Position numbers and translations under genes: made by a program. The notes below the pieces were generated by a model. The model was not told where the DNA came from and made no database searches. It worked only from the letters and a program-made list of their open reading frames with translations. From an uncultured Rikenellaceae bacterium (GTDB taxonomy: Bacteria; Bacteroidota; Bacteroidia; Bacteroidales; VadinHA17), in the NCBI GenBank assembly GCA_964435015.1, contig CAYSXP010000006.1:8079-72078 (forward strand): DNA of 64,000 nucleotides, written 5' to 3'. This document shows, in pieces, positions 48,011 through 56,655 of this stretch. The stretch's first letter is position 1. Each line of letters begins with the position of its first letter.

Positions 48011-48141
48011 TCAGAGATGTATTCTTCAGGTTCCGGCAGGTTTCATTTTTTGGTATCGTCGCCAGGCTCCCCGGTTCGAACTCCTCTCCCTTCGCGTTCT
48101 CACCGCGATTTGGAGATGTGATGGCGCCTTGCGGCACCAGT

Positions 48142-48218
48142 TGGTGATTCCGGGGCGATTCGAACGCCCGACCCACAGCTTAGAAGGCTGTTGCTCTATC
48201 CAGCTGAGCTACGGAACC
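48142..48218 (-). tRNA. tRNA-Arg (anticodon UCU), CCA encoded
   Basis: A manual cloverleaf fits: acceptor GGTTCCG/CGGAATC, D arm GCTC-AGCTGGATA-GAGC, anticodon arm ACAGC-CTTCTAA-GCTGT, T arm GGGCG-TTCGAAT-CGCCC, then ACCA. 77 nt. Confidence 0.9.
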
Positions 48219-48252
48219 ATAAATAAAAGAACAATTGTTTTATAATCAAACT

Positions 48253-48355
48253 GGCTGTTGCTCTATTCCCGAAAATCAATCCGTGTCAACGGATTTGATT
48301 TTCGAGGATCCTCGTCCCGACTTGTCGGGAACGGGACCAGCTGAGCTGCGGAACC
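48253..48355 (-). other. Partial duplicate of the tRNA-Arg 5' part (positions 1 to ~32) interrupted in the D-loop by a 70-nt hairpin-rich insert
   Basis: 48337-48355 matches 48200-48218 at 18 of 19 positions, and 48253-48266 is identical to 48186-48199. The intervening 48267-48336 is absent from the intact gene. Confidence 0.7.
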
Positions 48356-49191
48356 AGAATTCAGCGCCCAAAATTACATTTTTTTTCAGCTTCTGCAATC
48401 TTAATCATATGAGAATTGATATAAATCAAAAATCCGGCTTTAACGGGCAGGCTGACCAGCGCCGGTATTCAAACCGGCCTGTGTCTCGCGGCTTTGTGCC
48501 GGCCGGCCTTCCCGACGTGAAATGGCAGTTTGGCACATTCGAATGTGTTATCGGCCTGCTAACTGACGATTACTGAATAATGAGGAATCATTGATCCCCG
48601 GGGCGGTTTGGAAATCGTCGCCGCAATACGCCGGGGCCAGCCCCTGGCCTGAGTCAAAAAACTGATTATTAAAATAATAGATTAACAGCCCATTGTTTAC
48701 CATAAATGAAACAGGGCCTGTTTCGTCGAAATTTTTTCAGCAAAAATTTTTTTCCATAAGAAATGTTACTGTTTTCTTTGATTTTATCTGATTTTATTAT
48801 AAATTTGTTCCTAGCTCATGCTATTGGAATAAGAGGAAAAGGCAAGGGTCGGAATTGAAAATCATCAGGATTGTATTGCAGACATTGACTTTCACATCTG
48901 GAACCTGATGATAAACGCCAGTTTACTAAGGTTCCATCCTTTTATCAGACAGTAGACACGGGAATTATCTCATGAATAAAACCCGCTACCTGATTTTCAA
49001 GACCGCCCTTTTTCCTCTTTTCTGTCTTGCTGCAAAAATTCTGAACTTTGTCAGGTTTTCTAATCATGTCCGGTACATTGGTCATTGGATTAATTGAACC
49101 AATAATTCATTATTGGGAGGTTTGCAGAAAAAAATTATCTTTGATCGAAGTTAACTGCCTGTTGTGAGCTTATTCAGGTGTAAAGCAAGCA

Positions 49192-49878
49192 ATGAAGACT
49201 TATATCAGAAGACGGGAGGAAAATGATCATCTGATTGTTTTTTATGGTGACTGGGGAACGGATGAGAATCTCTTCACTCCCCTGTGCGGGGATGATTTTG
49301 ATGCCATATTTTTTTACAATTATTCAGCGAATGAGGCGCTTGTCCTGCCTGAGAAAAAAACCTACAAATCTGTTTCATTGATAGGATGGTCGCTGGGTGT
49401 CTGGGCAGCAGAGTATTTATTTCTCAAGACAGGGATTATTCCCGATGTGACAATTGCAGTCAACGGAACTCCGGTGCCGGCGGATGAAAATTATGGCATT
49501 CCCCAGGCTATTTTTGAAGGGACATTGAATAATGTCAGTGAAAAGACGATGGACAAGTTCCATCTCAGGATGTTTGGCAATAAACCGACCCTGGCGGAGC
49601 ACATGGACCGGCTGCCCCGCCGTAGTTTAAAATCGCTGAAAGAGGAATTGAGATGGCTCTACAACAGGACCATGGAGCCGATCGACCCGGGGATCAGATG
49701 GGATTTTATTGTTACCAGCGCCGAAAACAGGGTGTTCCCTGTAAAAAATCTGACAGGATACTGGATGAAAAGACCGGAAACCAAACATATAGTTGTTCCC
49801 TTTCCCCATTATATTTTTCATGAATGGAACTCTTTAAGGGATTTTGTGCAATTTGTCAGGAGTTCAGGGCGTAAATGA
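49192..49878 (+). CDS. bioG: Pimeloyl-ACP methyl ester esterase BioG (DUF452 family)
   Basis: 228 aa. Collinear by eye with Haemophilus BioG: HLIVFYGDWGTD, LIGWSLGVWAAE, AVNGTPVPADENYGIP and FEGTLNN..EKTMDKF. Confidence 0.8.
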   Translation: MKTYIRRREENDHLIVFYGDWGTDENLFTPLCGDDFDAIFFYNYSANEALVLPEKKTYKSVSLIGWSLGVWAAEYLFLKTGIIPDVTIAVNGTPVPADENYGIPQAIFEGTLNNVSEKTMDKFHLRMFGNKPTLAEHMDRLPRRSLKSLKEELRWLYNRTMEPIDPGIRWDFIVTSAENRVFPVKNLTGYWMKRPETKHIVVPFPHYIFHEWNSLRDFVQFVRSSGRK

Positions 49879-49910
49879 AATTGTCTGAATTTTACGGCGC
49901 CAGTAATCAT

Positions 49911-51248
49911 TTAAAGATCCCTGACAAGGATGTTCATATCTGACTTTGAAATCATTCTTTCGAACTTGTCAAGCATCATTGTAACCTTGTTGTATTCCTT
50001 GCTCTTAACGATTATCTGATGCGCCCCTCCCTTTCTGTCGAGTCTGTTCAGAATAAAATTTACGGTAAGCTTGTTAATATCAAGAGCCGGCTGAAAAAAT
50101 CTTTCTGCGTGTTCATTTTTCTGAATAACCGAAACAAGGTCAGCGTTGCTCAGATCCTGCAGAATATCGCGTGCAAGCCGTACCGGCAGTTTAAGGTCGC
50201 GTGCAATTGTTTCTGCGCTTACTGGTTTCTCACCTTCTGAGAAATTTCTGATTATCAGATGCATTATCATCAATGAGAGAGCTCTTTTCTGATAATTGCT
50301 GACATTCAGGGCTTCAGACTCAAGCTCATATCTTGAAAGGTTCTGATTGGCGAATGATAATTCGGCGCCAAGCAGGACTATTATCCAGCTTGACTGCAAC
50401 CACAGGATGAACAGGGGTATTGCTGCAAAGCTGCCATATATTGAACTCAGTTTTGATATGCCAAACTGCAGATCGATGTACAGCCACTGAAGAAGTTGCA
50501 GAAACGTCCCTGCAATAATGCCGGAGACAAGTGCAGGCAGAAATTTCACGTTTGTATTGGGGATAACTATATATAGTGCTGTTAGAGCCATCCAGGCCAG
50601 CAGGTAGGGTATAAACCGCACAAGGAAACTTATTACCGGCTTGAAGAAGTCAAGGATTGGAGCTTTTGCAATGAAGTCGGACAATTCAGTACTGATGAAA
50701 ACTGTAATACTGCTCGACAGGATCAGGATAACAGGTGCGATAAGCATAATGGTCAGATAGTCTGTAAACTTCCTGTACCATTGTCTTGATGAGGCTACCT
50801 GCCAGATATGATTGAGTGAACTTTCAATCTGATCGAGCAATGACATTACCGACCAGAAGAGGATTATTACTCCTACTCCGGCAATGTATCCGCCCTTGGT
50901 TTCCTGAAGGGCTGTTCTGGTTTGTTTCAGCAGCCAGTTCAGTACCTCAGGCTGGGTTTGCAATTCCTTCACAACAAGCTCTTCCAGATTCTGATCAAGG
51001 CCGAAACCTTTGGCGATGGCAAAAGCAATTGCAGCAACAGGAATAATTGAAAGGAGGGAATAAAACGTAAGTGCGGATGCCCGCAGCTGTACTTTGTCAT
51101 TCATGAATCCGCGCGCAGCCACAACGATTATCCGTACCTGTTTTATCAGAAAAGACCTGCTTTTAGAAATATCTGACAATGAAGTGTGCCACACAGTCTC
51201 ATTAAAAGCCTTAACTTTATCCAGGATCCAGGGAATTATTTTCGACAT
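49911..51248 (-). CDS. YihY/BrkB-family membrane protein with C-terminal winged-helix-like extension
   Basis: The N-terminal part of about 300 aa has 6 transmembrane segments and YihY motifs (LRASALTFYSLLSIIPV, YGSFAAIPLFILWL). A C-terminal soluble segment of about 130 aa is Rrf2/MarR-like (VSAETIARDLKLPVRLARDILQDL). Confidence 0.75.
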   Translation of the reverse strand: MSKIIPWILDKVKAFNETVWHTSLSDISKSRSFLIKQVRIIVVAARGFMNDKVQLRASALTFYSLLSIIPVAAIAFAIAKGFGLDQNLEELVVKELQTQPEVLNWLLKQTRTALQETKGGYIAGVGVIILFWSVMSLLDQIESSLNHIWQVASSRQWYRKFTDYLTIMLIAPVILILSSSITVFISTELSDFIAKAPILDFFKPVISFLVRFIPYLLAWMALTALYIVIPNTNVKFLPALVSGIIAGTFLQLLQWLYIDLQFGISKLSSIYGSFAAIPLFILWLQSSWIIVLLGAELSFANQNLSRYELESEALNVSNYQKRALSLMIMHLIIRNFSEGEKPVSAETIARDLKLPVRLARDILQDLSNADLVSVIQKNEHAERFFQPALDINKLTVNFILNRLDRKGGAHQIIVKSKEYNKVTMMLDKFERMISKSDMNILVRDL

Positions 51249-51379
51249 GGCGGTTTATTCTGATAACTATGAGTTTCAAATATACAAAATCCCTGTGCCC
51301 CGATGCAAGTTCGCCGGATTAATAAATAAGGTACAGGATCTGACAATACGCAGTTAAAACAATTATATTGAGGGTTGAA

Positions 51380-52072
51380 ATGAAATTTAATATTCTGGAA
51401 TTTGCCGAAGGGGCCAGGCGGGCCACTGGCCTGGCGGTAATTATTGATGTTTTCAGGGCATTCTCCGTTGCATGCTATGCTGCTGATGGCGGCGCTGCGA
51501 AAATTATTGCAACAGCCAGTGTGGAAGAGGCATTTTACCTGAAGACGAAATATAAAAACCCGGTGCTTGTGGGTGAACGGAATGAAAGAAAAGTTGAGGG
51601 ATTTGATTTTGGCAACAGTCCGACTGAGATTCTGAAAGCGGATCTTGAAGGAAAGGTTGTGATTCATACCACAACAGCCGGAACCAACGGCCTGGTAAAT
51701 GCTGTGAATGCTGATCAGGTAATAACCGGCGGCTTTGTTAATGCAGCTTCGACAGCAGAATATATAAAAAGAACTGACCCCGCGGTTGTTTCTCTTGTTG
51801 CAATGGGATACAGGGCAAACGAGCCGGCTGCTGAGGATCTTTTGTGTGCCGAATACATCAGGTCACTGGTTCTTGATGATAAAAGACAGTTCTCAAAGGA
51901 AATATCCGGTTTAAGGTACACATCGGGGGAGAGATTTTTCAACCCCGGCAATATTGAGTTCTCCCCTCCGACTGATTTTTTCTTATGTACAATGTTAAAC
52001 CGCTTTGCATTTGTTCTGAAAGCTTTTCGCCGGAATGACGGCAATATGGAACTGGAAAGGATTGATACCTAG
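51380..52072 (+). CDS. 2-phosphosulfolactate phosphatase family protein (ComB-like)
   Basis: VIIDVFRAFS near the N-terminus, NSPTE and HTTTAGT motifs. About 230 aa. The ATG at 51380 is preferred over the TTG at 51368. Confidence 0.75.
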   Translation: MKFNILEFAEGARRATGLAVIIDVFRAFSVACYAADGGAAKIIATASVEEAFYLKTKYKNPVLVGERNERKVEGFDFGNSPTEILKADLEGKVVIHTTTAGTNGLVNAVNADQVITGGFVNAASTAEYIKRTDPAVVSLVAMGYRANEPAAEDLLCAEYIRSLVLDDKRQFSKEISGLRYTSGERFFNPGNIEFSPPTDFFLCTMLNRFAFVLKAFRRNDGNMELERIDT

Positions 52073-53022
52073 AAGCGAAATGGAAACCTGAAGATGGCAG
52101 GGGTTTTCTTCCTCTGGTGTATCTCGCGGTAAGTGCAGAACATACTAATCTTGTAAAGCCAGAAGACTCCAAGGCTTTTCCCTGGTGACTCAAGCTTAAT
52201 CTCCATCCTGTCGCGGTACCGGATAAAAATACCGGCCAGCATTTTTCCCAGGCGCAATAATTTGATCCAGTTGTAGAGTTTCAGGATTCTGACCGTTGAT
52301 GAAAATGCTTTCCTGTCAGTCACACTGTCATAGAGCATGCTCAGGTTCTCTATGCCATGCTTGGTCTTTAATATCAGCTCCTTGTTGCTTTCAAGACCTT
52401 CATGAATCAATCCGTTGTCTATGTGAGATATTTCGAATCCGGCTTTTTTCAGCTGATAACCAAACAATATGTCTTCATATCCGTATTTCTTCAATTCTTC
52501 AAAGAACCTGATTTTGGAGAATATTGACTTGTCAATGAGTACATTAAAAGTTGAAAAGTATGTATAGGGCTCCTTATTTCTTTCTGCAGCAGGTTTTTGC
52601 TCCCTGTGTCTTCCGTAATTCCACCTGAGAAACCTGTCAGGATCGCCGGGGGGAGTATCATTATATAAAATACCGCCGCTGATGACCTTTCCTGACCCGG
52701 CATGCGGCAGCCATTTCTGCAGATAGGATTCAGCAGTTCCCGGAAGCATGGCATCAGAGTCAACAAAGAGAAGATACTCGCCTTTTGCTTCCGCAATAAG
52801 GCGGTTTCTTATGGCGGCACGTCCGATATTCATTTCTGAAACGATTACCCTGAGCTTACTGTCAATCAGGGAAAGATACTTGTTTCTGTAATCTTCGTCT
52901 GATCCGTCATCGCCAATCAGAATTTCAGAAAACTCCGGGACATTTTCCATTCCAACCCTGAGACTATGAACAAAAGCAACCAGATCATAGTTGTTTACGG
53001 GAATCAGGATTGAAATATTCAT
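52069..53022 (-). CDS. Glycosyltransferase family 2
   Basis: ISILIPVNNY, FVDSDA (DxD) and the GT-A fold pattern. 317 aa. Confidence 0.8.
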   Translation of the reverse strand: MNISILIPVNNYDLVAFVHSLRVGMENVPEFSEILIGDDGSDEDYRNKYLSLIDSKLRVIVSEMNIGRAAIRNRLIAEAKGEYLLFVDSDAMLPGTAESYLQKWLPHAGSGKVISGGILYNDTPPGDPDRFLRWNYGRHREQKPAAERNKEPYTYFSTFNVLIDKSIFSKIRFFEELKKYGYEDILFGYQLKKAGFEISHIDNGLIHEGLESNKELILKTKHGIENLSMLYDSVTDRKAFSSTVRILKLYNWIKLLRLGKMLAGIFIRYRDRMEIKLESPGKSLGVFWLYKISMFCTYREIHQRKKTPAIFRFPFRF

Positions 53023-53147
53023 TATTGAAGCCTGTCAGGTTAAACTTTTCAAAAGTACAATATATTTGGCAATATTCCGAAGTTCAGGCTTTGGCAAAGA
53101 AATTGCAATAGTTAATTTTGCACTCAAAATTACCCATTTGCAGCGTT

Positions 53148-54569
53148 ATGAGAAAACGACTTGTTTTTCTGTTTCTGCTTCTGACACCTGCCATTCTCTT
53201 CGGGCAGCAAAAGAAAGGCTATGAAATAAAAATAACCATAAGCGGATTGCCAGATTCAACAATATACCTGGCATATCATTTTGGTGACAGGCAATACCTT
53301 AAGGATACATTAAAACTCGACAGAATGGGATCCGGCCTGTTTTCGGGTGCCGGGGAGCTGCCGCAGGGGATCTATATGGTAGTATTGCCCGGGAAACAGT
53401 ATTTTGAAATCCTTGCTTCTGACGACCAGTTCTTTCAGGTTTCATGCTCGTTCCCTGACTACCTCAATACATTGAAATTTTCGGGATGCGACGAGAATTC
53501 AAAGTTCCTGGATTACCAGAGGAGATGGATTGAGATGCAAAAGCAGGCTTCAGAAATAAATAAAAAATTACAGGCCAACAGGCAGAACCCTGATTCCCTG
53601 GGGATACTGTCTGAAAAACTCCGGGTACAGGAGCGGTCAATGAAGGCATACCTGAATTCCGTGGTGGAGGAAAACAAGGGAAATCTTTTGTCGCTTCTGG
53701 TCAGGTCAATCCTGCCGGTTGAGATCCCTGAAATCAGGATACCTGACAATACCCGCAATCCCGATTCCCTTCGGTGGATCAAAACATACGCTTACACCAA
53801 GAATCATTTCTTTGACAACATTAGCCTGACCGATGAGAGGCTGCTGCGCACCCCTGTTCTGCAGGCAAAGCTGAAGGCTTTCTTTTCAGACGTGGTAATT
53901 CAGGCGCCTGACTCAATCAATAATGAGATTGACCGGATAATGGGAAAGGTGGAGGGAAACTACAGAATTTACCAGTTTGTAGCTGTTTACCTTTTCAACC
54001 ATTTCAGGGAGAGTGAAATAATGGGACACGATGCAGTGCTTGTCAAGCTTGCCGATGATATTTACCTTTCAGGCAAAGCCGACTGGGTAACGAATGAATT
54101 CAGGGATAACCTCAGAAAAGAAGTGGACGTGATACGGCCCAATCTTATTGGCCGAAAAGCCGTAGATCTTGTAATGGATTCATACAAAGGTATACATGTT
54201 TCATTGTATGACATCCGTAAGGAATTCACCATCCTGTATTTCTGGGAGCCGGATTGCGGACACTGCAGGGAAGCTACCCCGAAACTGAAATCATTCTATG
54301 AAGAAAACAAGGATCGCGGCATTGAGATTTTTGCTGTTTGCACAACGGCGGAAAGGGACAAGTGGACAAAATACATCGAGGAACATAATCTGACCTGGAT
54401 CAACGGATGGGATCCGGACCGGCAGTCCAATTACGGATATTATTATAATGTCAGATCAACTCCCCTGATTTATATCCTCGACAGGAATAAGAACATCATT
54501 GCAAAAAAGCTGGGAGTTGATGATATTGGTCCCTTTATCGAGAATTACAGGAAGTATTTCAGCAAATAG
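53148..54569 (+). CDS. TlpA/AhpC-like thioredoxin-fold lipoprotein with N-terminal DUF5106-like domain
   Basis: Signal peptide from the ATG at 53148. C-terminal thioredoxin fold with FWEPDCGHCRE (CxxC). Confidence 0.8.
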   Translation: MRKRLVFLFLLLTPAILFGQQKKGYEIKITISGLPDSTIYLAYHFGDRQYLKDTLKLDRMGSGLFSGAGELPQGIYMVVLPGKQYFEILASDDQFFQVSCSFPDYLNTLKFSGCDENSKFLDYQRRWIEMQKQASEINKKLQANRQNPDSLGILSEKLRVQERSMKAYLNSVVEENKGNLLSLLVRSILPVEIPEIRIPDNTRNPDSLRWIKTYAYTKNHFFDNISLTDERLLRTPVLQAKLKAFFSDVVIQAPDSINNEIDRIMGKVEGNYRIYQFVAVYLFNHFRESEIMGHDAVLVKLADDIYLSGKADWVTNEFRDNLRKEVDVIRPNLIGRKAVDLVMDSYKGIHVSLYDIRKEFTILYFWEPDCGHCREATPKLKSFYEENKDRGIEIFAVCTTAERDKWTKYIEEHNLTWINGWDPDRQSNYGYYYNVRSTPLIYILDRNKNIIAKKLGVDDIGPFIENYRKYFSK

Positions 54570-55581
54570 GATCGTTGTTATTTCTTAACCAGGAAACCAG
54601 ATCGTAAAGGCTGTCAAATTCAATGCAGCAATCGGACCCGATATATTTCCAGCAATACGGCAATGACTGTTCTGATTCAATTCGGGGCGCTGAACCGGAT
54701 GAAATGGTGCGGTAACCTGCTCTTGCAAGGGCTTTTTTTGTCCAGTAATCATTTTTGCCTTCAACTGAAAGGGCCAGGGTTCCCCTGTATTCATTTCTGA
54801 CCGTGAAGGTTCCATTCTCCTCATTGAAGGTAATTGCTTTTGTATCGAAAAGGTTGCCAAAAGATTTCCTGAGCATCATATCTTCAGGCGCACCTTCAGT
54901 TAACTCATTTTCAAGTATCAGCCATATTTTATCCGACTGGTTTACCGCTGTGTCAAAATCATGTGTGGAATAAATTATAGTCTTGTTTTCATTCCTGGAG
55001 AGTTCCCTGAGCAGGTGGATCACTTCATATTTGTTCTTAATATCGAGAAAAGCCGTTGGCTCGTCCATGAGGATGAGCCTGGTTTCCTGTGCCAGTGCCA
55101 TTGCTATCATTGCCCTCTGCCTTTCACCATCGGACAGCTCAGTCAGAAGCCTGCCGGAAAAGTCCGACATTCCCGTCTGCTCCAGCGCTTTCAGAACAGC
55201 TTTTCTGCTGACGGCGTCCATGGTGCCTAACCAGTTGGTATGAGAATACCTTCCCATCGAGACAAGATTGAACACGGTAGTATTGGGGATCCTGACAGCC
55301 TCGGTTGAAACATAGCATGTGGTCAGGGCAAGTTCACGCCTTGAATACTCCGCCATGCTCCTGCCCGCAGTATTGAGGCTTCCTCCCAATGCAGGGATCA
55401 ATCCTGCAATAGTTTTCAGAAGGGTGCTTTTCCCGATCCCGTTTTTCCCGATAACTGAAATGAGCTCTCCTTCGAAAGCCCTTGCACTCAATGGCGGAAG
55501 AAGTCTTTTGCCGGTTTTGCCCGATTTGTAACCTATTTCCAGCGACTTCAGCGACAGTATTTCCTTACCTTCAAATTTCAT
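54559..55581 (-). CDS. ABC transporter ATP-binding protein (FecE/BtuD-type) with ~90-aa C-terminal extension
   Basis: Walker A GKNGIGKST, signature LSDGERQR, Walker B LILMDEP. At 340 aa it is clearly longer than the ATPase core alone. Confidence 0.85.
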   Translation of the reverse strand: MKFEGKEILSLKSLEIGYKSGKTGKRLLPPLSARAFEGELISVIGKNGIGKSTLLKTIAGLIPALGGSLNTAGRSMAEYSRRELALTTCYVSTEAVRIPNTTVFNLVSMGRYSHTNWLGTMDAVSRKAVLKALEQTGMSDFSGRLLTELSDGERQRAMIAMALAQETRLILMDEPTAFLDIKNKYEVIHLLRELSRNENKTIIYSTHDFDTAVNQSDKIWLILENELTEGAPEDMMLRKSFGNLFDTKAITFNEENGTFTVRNEYRGTLALSVEGKNDYWTKKALARAGYRTISSGSAPRIESEQSLPYCWKYIGSDCCIEFDSLYDLVSWLRNNNDPIC

Positions 55582-56648
55582 CAGAAAATCTCAGAATATT
55601 TTCGGTTATGCATAATTACCCAGATAACAACCGGGATCCCGATAAGAGCTGTTATTGAATTAACAGGAAGGACATTGTCGGACCACGGCATCTGTGATAT
55701 GATATCGCTGGCAAGCATCACTGCTCCACCGGTCAGTATGGTTCCGGGTATAAGTATTCTGTGATCTGATGTCATAAACAGAATCCTGGCCAGGTGCGGA
55801 ACTGCGATGCCTATAAATCCGATCGGTCCGCAGAAAGCTGTTACTGTTCCGGTAAGTATGCTTGTCGATGAGATTATTGCAAATCTCGACAATTTCAGGT
55901 TCACTCCTATGGTTCTGGCATAATTCTCTCCCAGCAGCAGGGCGTTCAGGGGTTTAACCGTTAATACCGACAGGCTTATGCCGGCAGCCACGGAAACAAG
56001 CAGAACGGCAAGCTGGGTTGAGGTGAGATTTCCCAGGCTTCCCATGGTCCACACAATATAGGCCTTGAGCATGGTTTCGTTGCTGAAATATTGCATGATG
56101 CTTACCACGGCAGATATCCCGCTCGACAGCATTATTCCGATAATAAGTACCGTCAGGATGTTTCCGACCCTGGAGGCAATAATCATCATTATGACCATTA
56201 TCACACCTGCTCCGGCCCATGCTGCCATTGCAACGGACCAGTTTCCCATCCCGCGGATGGCATCAGGGGTGATACCTGCTGAGAATCCGAGCATGATAAC
56301 GGCAACACCCAGGCTGGCGCCTGAACTCAGGCCAAGTACATACGGACCGGCCATCGGATTCCTGAAGAGGGTCTGCATCTGCAAGCCGCTCATCGACAGG
56401 GCGGCCCCAACCATTAAAGCAGTAACGGCCTTCGGGAGCCTGAACCTGAAGAGAATGATTGCCGCGTGATCCCCGGCCGGCCCCGTAAGTGCCCGTAATA
56501 TGTCGGCAGGACGGATACTGACTGATCCGAGAAACAGGTCGAGGATGAAAAGGAGAATTGCAATGATCAGCAGGAACAACAGGATAACTTTCTGACCGCC
56601 TCCCGTGATCACTGAAGCATTGAACGGTATTTTTTCTTTGGTTTTCAC
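55581..56648 (-). CDS. FecCD/BtuC-family ABC permease
   Basis: About 10 transmembrane segments and FecCD-type sequence (GPIGFIGIAVPHLAR). A GTG at 56648 avoids overlap with the upstream binding-protein gene, whereas the longest ORF extends to 56723. Confidence 0.8.
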   Translation of the reverse strand: MKTKEKIPFNASVITGGGQKVILLFLLIIAILLFILDLFLGSVSIRPADILRALTGPAGDHAAIILFRFRLPKAVTALMVGAALSMSGLQMQTLFRNPMAGPYVLGLSSGASLGVAVIMLGFSAGITPDAIRGMGNWSVAMAAWAGAGVIMVIMMIIASRVGNILTVLIIGIMLSSGISAVVSIMQYFSNETMLKAYIVWTMGSLGNLTSTQLAVLLVSVAAGISLSVLTVKPLNALLLGENYARTIGVNLKLSRFAIISSTSILTGTVTAFCGPIGFIGIAVPHLARILFMTSDHRILIPGTILTGGAVMLASDIISQMPWSDNVLPVNSITALIGIPVVIWVIMHNRKYSEIF

Positions 56649-56655
56649 AGGGGGA

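Noticed and set aside
48051-48140. Possible type-II, selenocysteine or other tRNA downstream of tRNA-Arg, suggested by GTTCGAA and a terminal ACCA
   Set aside because: No acceptor stem complementary to the 3' end is present. The T-loop-like GTTCGAA has no pairing stem and is about 20 nt too far from the ACCA, and no UCA anticodon loop exists. It is reported only as an unclassified structured segment.
48556-48580. tmRNA-like tag sequence (GCTAACTGACGATTACTGAATAA) in the ORF-free region
   Set aside because: There is no clean tag reading frame, no tRNA-like 5'/3' domain and no GGGG...CCACCA ends nearby.
48051-48622. Direct repeat TGG(T/AA)ATCGTCGCC at 48051-48063 and 48609-48622 flanking the tRNA locus, as possible att sites
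   Set aside because: Only 9 contiguous identical bases are shared, no integrase or cargo lies between the copies, and the match could be chance.
4962-52072. The Ldh_2-family dehydrogenase (ComC-like family) and the ComB-like phosphatase taken together as a coenzyme-M-type pathway
   Set aside because: The two genes are about 45 kb apart on unrelated operons. No comA, comD or comE is visible, and both families are broad.
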